A stretch of 13,578 bases of DNA from a bacterium (lineage in GTDB: Bacteria; Sysuimicrobiota; Sysuimicrobiia; Sysuimicrobiales; Kaftiobacteriaceae): NCBI GenBank assembly GCA_044868695.1, contig JBIOWP010000001.1, positions 1-13,578 of the forward strand, given 5' to 3'. Positions 1 to 13,578 of the stretch are shown piece by piece (the stretch's first letter is position 1; every line of letters starts with the position of its first letter). The translations under genes and the position numbers were made by a program. The notes beneath the pieces were generated by a model that made no database searches, had not been told where the DNA came from, and was given only the letters and a program-made list of their open reading frames with translations.

Positions 1-138
<138 letters not shown>

Positions 139-179
139 GCCATCCTCCCGACGTCGATCTATGAGTGCTGTGCCACCTC

Positions 180-259
180 CGGGACCGGGGACCAGGGACC
201 GGGGACCGGTCCATGATGCTGACCTCGCTCGGGTCCCTGGTCCCGGGTCCCTGGTCCCG
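180..259. repeat. Tandem-heptamer inverted repeat (4x GGGACCR, 22-nt spacer, 4x KGGTCCC) in the fusA-tuf spacer
   Basis: 181-208 = GGGACCG GGGACCA GGGACCG GGGACCG; 231-258 = GGGTCCC TGGTCCC GGGTCCC TGGTCCC, the reverse complement except at the 7th base of each unit; closed by C180/G259. Confidence 0.92.
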
Positions 260-269
260 TTGTTTCATG

Positions 270-2351
270 TTAGGCACGGGCGCCCACACTCGACTTGGCC
301 CGCACTTCCTCGGAGATGCTCGCCGGCACCTCTTCGTAGCGCGAGGGTTCCATCGTATGCGTCGCGCGCCCCTGGGTCGCCGATCGCAGCGCCGTGGCGT
401 ACCCGAACATCTCAGCCAGCGGCACGAGGGCCCGGATGATGCGGACCGGCCCTTGCTGTTCGATGCTTTCGATGCGGCCCCGGCGCGCGTTCAGATCGCC
501 GATCACATCGCCCATGTACTGCTCGGGCGTCAGGACTTCGACTTTCATCACCGGCTCCAGCAGCACCGGCTTGGCGCGGCCCATGGCCTCTTTGAACGCC
601 ATGGAGCCGGCGATCTTGAATGCGATCTCAGAGCTGTCGACCTCGTGGTACGAGCCGTCGATCAGGCTGGTGCGGAAGTCCACGACGGGATAGCCTGCGA
701 GCACACCCGCCTCCGCCGCCTCCCGGATCCCGGCTTCCACCGCGGGAATGAACTCACGCGGGATGTCGCCGCGGGTGATCTCGTCCTCGAACTCCACCCC
801 TGTCCCGCGCGGCAGCGGCTCCAAGACGATCACGGCGTGCCCATACTGCCCGCGGCCGCCGGTCTGGCGGATATAGCGGCCTTCCGCCTTGGCCTGCTGG
901 CGGATCGTTTCCTTGTACGCCACCTGCGGCCGGCCGACGTTCGCCTGCACGCCGAACTCGCGCAGCATGCGGTCGACGATGATCTCCAGGTGCAGCTCGC
1001 CCATGCCGGCGATCAGCGTCTGGCCGGTTTCGTTGTCGAAGCGGACCTTGAAGGTCGGGTCTTCTTCGGCCAGTTTGTTGAGGGCCGCGCCCAGCTTCTC
1101 CTCGTCGGCCTTGGTCTTGGGCTCCACGGCCACCGCGATCACCGGCTCGGGGAAATGCATCGACTCCAGCAGGATCGGATGGTCCTGGTCGCACAGGGTG
1201 TCGCCCGTCGTGGTGTCGCGCAACCCGACGGCGGCGACGACGTTGCCCGCGACGGCTTCAGGAATGTCCTCGCGGTGGTTTGCGTGCATCTGCAGGATGC
1301 GGCTGACCCGTTCCTTCTTGCCCTTGTTGGCGTTGAAGACGTACGAGCCGGCGGCGAGGGTGCCGGAGTAGACACGGAAGTAGGTCAGTTTCCCTACATA
1401 CGGATCGGTGACGATCTTGAAGCCCAGCGCACAGAACGGCCCGGCAGGATCGGCGCGCCGCTGCTCCGGAGCCTGCGTCGCCGGGTGGCGCCCTTCGACC
1501 GCATGCATGTCGAGCGGCGAAGGAAGGTAGTCGACCACGGCGTCCAGCAGTGGCTGGACGCCTTTGTTGCGGAACGAGGACCCCGCGAGGACCGGCACGA
1601 GCTTGTAGGACAGGGTGCCGAGGCGCAGCCCGCGCTTGATCTCGTCCTCGGAGAGGCTATGGCCTTCCAGGTACTTGGCGGTGAGGTCGTCGTCCATTTC
1701 GGCCACGGCCTCGACCAGCTTCTCACGCCACTGCACGGCCAGCTCCCGCATCTCGGCGGGGATGTCGGTCACGTCTGAACGGGTCCCGAGGTCATCCAGG
1801 TACAGGATCGACTTCATCCGGATGAGGTCGACCACACCCTGGAAGTTGTCCTCCGACCCCACCGGCAGCTGGATGGGGACCGCGTTGGCGCCCAGGCGTT
1901 CGCGGACCATGCGCACGGTGCGGAGGAAATCCGCACCGGTCCGGTCCATCTTGTTCACGTAGAGGATGCGGGGAACCCGATAGCGGTCGGCCTGACGCCA
2001 CACGGTTTCAGACTGCGGCTGCACGCCCTCGACGGCGCTTAGGACGACGACGGCGCCGTCGAGCACGCGCAGCGACCGCTCCACCTCGACCGTAAAGTCC
2101 ACGTGGCCCGGGGTATCGATGATATTGATGCGGGCATCGCGCCACGAACAGGTCGTCGCCGCGGAGGTGATAGTAATCCCCCGCTCACGCTCCTGCACCA
2201 TCCAGTCCATCGTCGCCGATCCCTCGTCGACTTCGCCGATGCGGTGCACCCGTCCGGTATAGAACAGGATCCGCTCGGTCGTCGTCGTCTTGCCCGCGTC
2301 GATGTGGGCGACGATGCCGATGTTCCGAATTTTGTCGAGCGAAACGGCCAT
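270..2351 (-). CDS. fusA: Elongation factor G (693 aa)
   Basis: Motifs [40 protein letters not shown]. Start set at ATG 2351 ([13 protein letters not shown]) with SD GGGAG at 2357-2361, not the ORF-track start at 2432. Lies between rpsG and tuf. Confidence 0.98.
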   Translation of the reverse strand: MAVSLDKIRNIGIVAHIDAGKTTTTERILFYTGRVHRIGEVDEGSATMDWMVQERERGITITSAATTCSWRDARINIIDTPGHVDFTVEVERSLRVLDGAVVVLSAVEGVQPQSETVWRQADRYRVPRILYVNKMDRTGADFLRTVRMVRERLGANAVPIQLPVGSEDNFQGVVDLIRMKSILYLDDLGTRSDVTDIPAEMRELAVQWREKLVEAVAEMDDDLTAKYLEGHSLSEDEIKRGLRLGTLSYKLVPVLAGSSFRNKGVQPLLDAVVDYLPSPLDMHAVEGRHPATQAPEQRRADPAGPFCALGFKIVTDPYVGKLTYFRVYSGTLAAGSYVFNANKGKKERVSRILQMHANHREDIPEAVAGNVVAAVGLRDTTTGDTLCDQDHPILLESMHFPEPVIAVAVEPKTKADEEKLGAALNKLAEEDPTFKVRFDNETGQTLIAGMGELHLEIIVDRMLREFGVQANVGRPQVAYKETIRQQAKAEGRYIRQTGGRGQYGHAVIVLEPLPRGTGVEFEDEITRGDIPREFIPAVEAGIREAAEAGVLAGYPVVDFRTSLIDGSYHEVDSSEIAFKIAGSMAFKEAMGRAKPVLLEPVMKVEVLTPEQYMGDVIGDLNARRGRIESIEQQGPVRIIRALVPLAEMFGYATALRSATQGRATHTMEPSRYEEVPASISEEVRAKSSVGARA

Positions 2352-2365
2352 GCGAACTCCCAACT

Positions 2366-2439
2366 GCGGGATCAGGGAGCCGGGATCAGGGAGCCGAACC
2401 TGCGTTGCCCCATCTCGGCTCCCGGCTCCCATATCCCGC
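2366..2439. repeat. Tandem-heptamer inverted repeat in the rpsG-fusA spacer
   Basis: Left arm GC GGGATCA GGGAGCC GGGATCA GGGAGCC GA (2366-2397); right arm TC GGCTCCC GGCTCCC ATATCCC GC (2415-2439); 4 versus 3 units around a 17-nt spacer. Confidence 0.88.
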
Positions 2440-2449
2440 TATTTCGTTC

Positions 2450-2923
2450 TCACCAGCGGTAGTGCGCGAACGCCTTGTTTGCTTCCGCCATGCGGTGCGT
2501 ATCCTCGCGCTTCTTCACCGCGCCGCCCTGGCCGGCCGATGCATCCTGGATTTCCGCCACCAGCTTGTCCATCATGGTCCGCTTGTCTTTGCGCGCCCGC
2601 GCATACTCGACGAGCCAGCGCAGGCCTAGGGACAGACGCCGGTCGGGTCGCACCTCAATCGGCACCTGGTAGGTGGCGCCGCCCACACGGCGGGGCCGCA
2701 CCTCCAGCACCGGCATGACGTTGTGCAACGCCTTGTCCAGGACTTTGACGGGATCCTGGCCGCCGCGCTCACGAATCTGGTCGAACGCCGTGTACACGAT
2801 GCGTTCGGCCAGGCTCTTCTTGCCGCGAACCATCAGCTTGGTGATGAGCCGGTGCACAATGACGCTGTTATACTGCGGGTCCGGCCCAACCTCGGGATTG
2901 CTGACGGCGCCTTTTCTCGGCAT
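2450..2923 (-). CDS. rpsG: 30S ribosomal protein S7
   Basis: MPRKG start, [20 protein letters not shown] and C-terminal [23 protein letters not shown] in the 15-nt gap after rpsL. Confidence 0.99.
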   Translation of the reverse strand: MPRKGAVSNPEVGPDPQYNSVIVHRLITKLMVRGKKSLAERIVYTAFDQIRERGGQDPVKVLDKALHNVMPVLEVRPRRVGGATYQVPIEVRPDRRLSLGLRWLVEYARARKDKRTMMDKLVAEIQDASAGQGGAVKKREDTHRMAEANKAFAHYRW

Positions 2924-2938
2924 GACAGCGCTCCTTCT

Positions 2939-3310
<372 letters not shown>

Positions 3311-3329
3311 CCTATGACCCCCTACAGAC

Positions 3330-3413
3330 AATCTATTGAATCTATTGAATCTGTTGGATCTGTTGAATCCTAGGATCCCATAGATTCAATAGATCCAATG
3401 GATCCAACAGATT
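3330..3413. repeat. 84-bp AT-rich palindrome built from 9-bp tandem repeats (consensus ATCTRTTGR)
   Basis: A ATCTATTGA ATCTATTGA ATCTGTTGG ATCTGTTGA ATCC|TA|GGAT CCCATAGAT TCAATAGAT CCAATGGAT CCAACAGAT T; centre at 3371/3372; 29 of 84 bases are G+C by count. Confidence 0.95.
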
Positions 3414-3447
3414 CTATTTCGTTTCCAGACACGCACCAATCCTGAAC

Positions 3448-3651
3448 CCCCTCTCTAGGGGCGCAAGGTGGACGCGATGCCTCGGCGCTCGCGCGGCGCC
3501 GGGTTATCGCCTGTGTTCGGTTCGAATCCCAACGCCCGATGTTCAGGCGTCCGGATCGTCCTGCTGAAGAAGCCGCGCCATACGCGACACCGGAGGCCGG
3601 TGTCCTGCGGCGCATGCTAAGAGTTCCTCACCGTGCAGGTGAACGAACCCC
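3448..3651 (-). other. Hairpin-rich intergenic or leader RNA between L7Ae and rpsL (candidate cis-regulatory element)
   Basis: Five successive stem-loops at 3620-3651, 3579-3616, 3525-3557, 3474-3510 and 3448-3461. The first three use G-U pairs that form on the minus (mRNA) strand. Confidence 0.45.
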
Positions 3652-3666
3652 GATTCAACTGCGGTC

Positions 3667-3936
3667 TTACGCCGGCGTCAGAATCGCCGCGGCCGACGCG
3701 CCCACCGCAATCCCGCAGGCGCGGCCGAGGTCACGCATCGAGGGGATCTCCATCACCTCGACCCCCCGGTCCCGGGCGGCCGCCAGCACACCTTCCACGA
3801 CCCGGCGATCGGCGTCCTTCGCCACGAACACGATCTGGGCGCGGCCTTTTTCGATCGCCTTCGCCGTCTGATTTGATCCGACGGCCCTGAACTCCGCGCC
3901 TCTCAGGCGGTCGAGCGCCTCAGCCGGCTGCGTCAT
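3667..3936 (-). CDS. L7Ae/L30e/S12e/Gadd45-family RNA-binding protein (YbxF/RulS-like, 89 aa)
   Basis: VGSNQTAKAIEKGRAQIVFVAKDAD...MRDLGRACGIAVGASAAAI matches the L7Ae family pattern; the position before rpsL matches Bacillus ybxF. ATG 3936 is preferred because SD-like GGAGTGG lies at 3943-3949. Confidence 0.93.
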   Translation of the reverse strand: MTQPAEALDRLRGAEFRAVGSNQTAKAIEKGRAQIVFVAKDADRRVVEGVLAAARDRGVEVMEIPSMRDLGRACGIAVGASAAAILTPA

Positions 3937-3956
3937 TGTTCGCCACTCCATGCAGT

Positions 3957-3982
3957 CGCCGGGTCCCGGTCGGAACCCGGCG
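3957..3982 (-). other. 11-bp stem-loop in the predicted 5' UTR of the L7Ae-str transcript
   Basis: Minus strand CGCCGGGTTCC-GACC-GGGACCCGGCG with one G-U pair; begins a few nt after the predicted transcription start; no U-tract. Confidence 0.6.
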
Positions 3983-3995
3983 CAGACGCTCAGTC

Positions 3996-4024
3996 AGTGT
4001 AGCATCGGGTCTGGGGAGTGTCTA
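3996..4024 (-). promoter_or_regulatory. Sigma70/sigmaA-type promoter for the L7Ae-rpsL-rpsG-fusA-tuf operon
   Basis: -35 TAGACA (4024-4019, overlapping the ABC-F stop codon), 17-nt spacer, extended -10 TGcTACACT (-10 at 4001-3996). Confidence 0.8.
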
Positions 4025-5941
4025 GGGGGTCTCCAGAGCGGCCAGCCTGGCATAGAGTTCACTCATGCGGCGCTCAGCTTCCTCGTAGCGGGCGCGCGCC
4101 GCCTTCACCCGGTCTCGGTCGCGGTAGATGTCGGGATCAGCCAGCAGCCGGCCGGCATCAGCCATCTCCTCCTCGGCCGCAGTGATCTGGGCGGCGATTT
4201 CCTCGAAGGTGGCGGCCTGAGCCCCGGGTCGACGGGATGGCCGCTTCGCGTCGCCTCGCGGCCGCACAGACGCGCGGTCTCGTTTGCGGCCCCCCTCAAC
4301 CGCCTGGTCGCGCGGCTGGGCGGCGGCACGGTGACGGCGCGTTCTCAGTTCCGCGTAGGTCCCCCGAAAATCGGCGACCTTCGTGTCCCCGACCGTCAGG
4401 ACGCGGGTGGCTAACCGTTCAAGGAGATAGCGGTCGTGGGTGGCGACGACGAACGTGCCCGGGAACTCTACCAGCGCGGATTCGAGCGCCTCGCGTGACG
4501 GAATGTCTAAGTGGTTGGTCGGCTCGTCAAGCAGCAGGAGGTTCGGCTGGTCCAGAAGCATCTTCGCCAGGCTGAGCCGCTGGCGCTCCCCACCCGACAG
4601 CATCCCCACGGTCGCGAAGACGTCCTCTCCACTAAAGAGGAAGCGGCCCAGGTAGGTCCGGGCCTGCTCGGGGGTCATCGGCCTCCCGTCCAGAATCTCC
4701 TCGAGCACTGTCCGGTCGGTGCGCAGGGTGGCGGTCGATTCCTGGGCAAAATACCGCGCCCGTGTGCCGGTGCCCAGCGCGGCGCGGCCGGCAGAAGGAG
4801 CTTCCAAACCGGCCATGACCTTCAGGAGAGTTGTCTTGCCGGTCCCATTGGCGCCCAGCAGTCCTACCCGGTCTCCCCGGTAGATTTCGAGGTCCACATC
4901 GGACAGGACGGCGATCTCCCCGTACCGCTTGGCCACGCCCTGCAGGCGCACGACCATGCGTCCGCTTTGCGAGGCGCTGCGCGCCGCCGGCCGCATGACC
5001 GGTTGAGCCCTGGGCGCCTCTACCGGTTTCGACGTCAGGCGGGCCAGCCGCTTCTCCCGGCTCTTGGCCTGCGTCGCGCGGTTCCCGGCCCGGTACCGGC
5101 GGATGTACGCCTCAAGTTTTTCGACTTCTTCCTGGTGCCGCTGATAGGCCTCCGCCTGCTGCTCGACCTGCGCCGTCTTGAGTACCGCATACTTGGAATA
5201 GGGACCGGGGAAGGATGTAACACTCCCGCGTTCCAGCTCGAGCGTCCTCGTCGTGACCGCGTCCAGGAGCCGGCGGTCGTGGCTGACGATGACGGCGGCT
5301 CCCGGGAAGGCGCCCAGATATTCTTCCAGCCACTCGGTGGCGGCGAGATCCAGGTGGTTGGTCGGCTCGTCCAGCAGCAGGAGGTCGGGCTCGGCCAGCA
5401 GGACCCGCGCCAGCTCAGCTCTCACTCGCCAGCCGCCGGATAGCGTCCCCAGCGTATTGCTCATCTCGGCGTCAGCGAAACCCAGCCCCCGCAACACCGT
5501 TCTCGCGCGAGCCTCAAGGGTGAACCCGCCGGCGTGCTCGAAGTGATGGCGGACCTGCGAGTATTCTTCCATCACCTCCGCCAGGCGGGATGGATCGTCG
5601 TGCACGTCCGGTGAGGCCATCTGTGCTTCGAGATCGCGCAGCCGCACCTCGAGCGCGCGTACGTCCGCGGCGCCGGACAGCGCGTGAGCAAACACGTCCG
5701 TGTCGCCCGGTCCCGTGGGGATCTGCGCCAGGTACCCGGCCCGCGCCCACCGCGCTCGCGCGACGCTGCCGGCGTCGGGTTCGTCCAGACCGGCCAGCAC
5801 CCGCAGCAGCGTGGTTTTCCCGCTGCCGTTGCGGCCGATGAGCGCCACCTTCTCCTCCGGCTCGACGCTGAAGGTGACGCCGGCCAGCACCTCGCGGTCG
5901 GCGTAGAATTTCCTGATGTCCCCTACCGTGAGCATCGGCAT
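4022..5941 (-). CDS. ABC-F family ribosome-associated ATPase (Uup/YheS/YdiF-like, with C-terminal coiled coil)
   Basis: Two ABC domains (GRNGSGKT/LSGGW/LLLLDEPTNHLD and GANGTGKT/LSGGE/LLLLDEPTNHLD), an arm insertion in NBD1, a helical linker containing QAKSREKRL, no transmembrane segments, and a helical C-terminal domain (LADPDIYRD). The start could be ATG 5941 or 5935. Confidence 0.95.
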   Translation of the reverse strand: MPMLTVGDIRKFYADREVLAGVTFSVEPEEKVALIGRNGSGKTTLLRVLAGLDEPDAGSVARARWARAGYLAQIPTGPGDTDVFAHALSGAADVRALEVRLRDLEAQMASPDVHDDPSRLAEVMEEYSQVRHHFEHAGGFTLEARARTVLRGLGFADAEMSNTLGTLSGGWRVRAELARVLLAEPDLLLLDEPTNHLDLAATEWLEEYLGAFPGAAVIVSHDRRLLDAVTTRTLELERGSVTSFPGPYSKYAVLKTAQVEQQAEAYQRHQEEVEKLEAYIRRYRAGNRATQAKSREKRLARLTSKPVEAPRAQPVMRPAARSASQSGRMVVRLQGVAKRYGEIAVLSDVDLEIYRGDRVGLLGANGTGKTTLLKVMAGLEAPSAGRAALGTGTRARYFAQESTATLRTDRTVLEEILDGRPMTPEQARTYLGRFLFSGEDVFATVGMLSGGERQRLSLAKMLLDQPNLLLLDEPTNHLDIPSREALESALVEFPGTFVVATHDRYLLERLATRVLTVGDTKVADFRGTYAELRTRRHRAAAQPRDQAVEGGRKRDRASVRPRGDAKRPSRRPGAQAATFEEIAAQITAAEEEMADAGRLLADPDIYRDRDRVKAARARYEEAERRMSELYARLAALETP

Positions 5942-5949
5942 CCCGCCAC

Positions 5950-5978
5950 ACTATATCCGATACATGACTCAGGGTCTA
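5950..5978 (-). promoter_or_regulatory. Sigma70-type promoter candidate for ABC-F (near-leaderless)
   Basis: -35 TAGACC (5978-5973), 17-nt spacer, -10 TATAGT (5955-5950), then only 8 nt before the ATG; no SD sequence. Confidence 0.65.
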
Positions 5979-5979
5979 G

Positions 5980-6010
5980 AAATTGAACAGGCCGGACCCG
6001 TCCCGGCCTG
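5980..6010 (-). terminator. Probable intrinsic terminator downstream of the PPOX-family gene
   Basis: Minus strand CAGGCCGGG-ACGGG-TCCGGCCTG followed by TTCAATTT. A second hairpin (6017-6043) lies directly after the stop codon. Confidence 0.6.
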
Positions 6011-6043
6011 CCTGCTTCCAATCTCCGCTTCCAGAGATTTGGA

Positions 6044-6547
6044 TCAGTCTTGGAACCGCCACCGCGTTGCCGTGGACGGATACTCGGCATGATCCGAAAT
6101 GAATGCAAAAGCGACGCTGGGCCGGACCGCATACACTCCGGAAATCGATCCCGTTCCTTCGTTGTATTTCGCCTCGTAGGCTGTGGAAAATCGTGTGACA
6201 GCATTCGGATCGGTGCGCCGTTCGACCACTCCTTCGACGATAATCGCTTCGTCGGCATGTTCGGGGCAGAGCACGCAGCGTGGGTTCTTGGCGAGATTCT
6301 GCGCCTTCCGGGAGCGCGCAAAGGTGAGAAAGTAGAACCGGTCGTCTAGCCAGACACCCCAGATGACGGCGACGTGCGGGCGTCCGTCAGGCCGTGCGGT
6401 CGCGAGGAAGTAGTTCCGCGCCTTCGCGAGCCGCTCGACCGCCCAGGACCACGGAAGCAGTCCTTTCCCCTCGTCCCGCCCGAGAATCCCATAGCCACTT
6501 GGCAGGTTCGGACGGCTGGCCTGTGGATCTTGGTGACTATTCGACAT
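6044..6547 (-). CDS. Pyridoxamine 5'-phosphate oxidase-like (split-barrel FMN/F420-binding) protein
   Basis: NYFLATARPDGRPHVAVIWGVW...SRKAQNLAKNPRCVL...IIVEG is the PPOX-like family pattern; SD GGAG at 6555-6558. Substrate unknown. Confidence 0.88.
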   Translation of the reverse strand: MSNSHQDPQASRPNLPSGYGILGRDEGKGLLPWSWAVERLAKARNYFLATARPDGRPHVAVIWGVWLDDRFYFLTFARSRKAQNLAKNPRCVLCPEHADEAIIVEGVVERRTDPNAVTRFSTAYEAKYNEGTGSISGVYAVRPSVAFAFISDHAEYPSTATRWRFQD

Positions 6548-6571
6548 GGCAGCTCTCCATTAGCTGTCTCA

Positions 6572-6608
6572 GGAGACGAAGACGGGGAGCGCACTTGCGT
6601 TCCCCGTC
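6572..6608 (-). terminator. GC-rich stem-loop after rpoC; possible weak terminator
   Basis: GACGGGGAACGCA-AG-TGCGCTCCCCGTC (one mismatch on the minus strand) followed by TTCGTCT, a poor U-tract. Confidence 0.45.
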
Positions 6609-6616
6609 GCACTTCA

Positions 6617-6655
6617 CCCCTCACCCGTGCCCTCTCCCCACGCGTGGGGAGAGGG
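6617..6655. repeat. BoxC-like palindromic extragenic repeat
   Basis: CCCCTCACCC-gtg followed by the perfect 26-bp palindrome CCCTCTCCCCACGCGTGGGGAGAGGG (6630-6655). Resembles the widespread CCCCTCACCCnnnCCCTCTCCC..GGGAGAGGG repeat; the family name is from memory. Confidence 0.7.
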
Positions 6656-6671
6656 AAATAGGGAATAGCGG

Positions 6672-10109
<3,438 letters not shown>

Positions 10110-10110
10110 C

Positions 10111-13578
<3,468 letters not shown>

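Noticed and set aside
165..1778. 537-aa plus-strand ORF
   Set aside because: Antisense shadow of fusA caused by high-GC codon bias; no recognisable domain.
2352..2432. 27-aa N-terminal extension of EF-G in the ORF track
   Set aside because: It is the translated heptamer repeat; the SD and EF-G homology support ATG 2351.
3330..3413. Possible CRISPR array
   Set aside because: The units are 9 bp, contiguous and inverted, with no spacers and no cas genes.
3459..3540. Functional tRNA or tmRNA gene
   Set aside because: Only a T-loop motif; no full cloverleaf, anticodon arm or CCA end.
3370..3615. 81-aa minus-strand ORF in the rpsL leader ending in [15 protein letters not shown]
   Set aside because: No SD, low-complexity composition, and the periodic tail is just the 9-bp repeat read in frame.
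4511..5443. 310-aa plus-strand ORF
   Set aside because: Antisense shadow of the ABC-F gene.

Overview
This is a high-GC bacterial core-genome window with every real gene on the minus strand. In transcription order: rpoB (5'-truncated by the window), rpoC, a PPOX/split-barrel flavin-binding protein, an ABC-F ribosome-associated ATPase, an L7Ae/YbxF-family protein, rpsL, rpsG, fusA, and tuf (3'-truncated). The order rpoBC...L7Ae-rpsL-rpsG-fusA-tuf and the short RpoC without SI3 are Terrabacteria/Firmicutes-like; the exact taxon cannot be fixed from sequence alone. The unusual content is mostly non-coding. Three of the four spacers in the str operon each carry a palindrome whose arms are short tandem repeats (7-mer, 7-mer, 9-mer), lying close upstream of the tuf, fusA and rpsL ribosome-binding sites. 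The L7Ae-rpsL spacer is 356 nt and hairpin-rich, and a BoxC-like palindrome follows rpoC. Two sigma70-type promoter candidates share a TAGAC -35, and one implies a near-leaderless ABC-F mRNA. At protein level, RpoB has two lineage-specific insertions, RpoC has a divergent bridge helix, and S12 has Pro at position 88.
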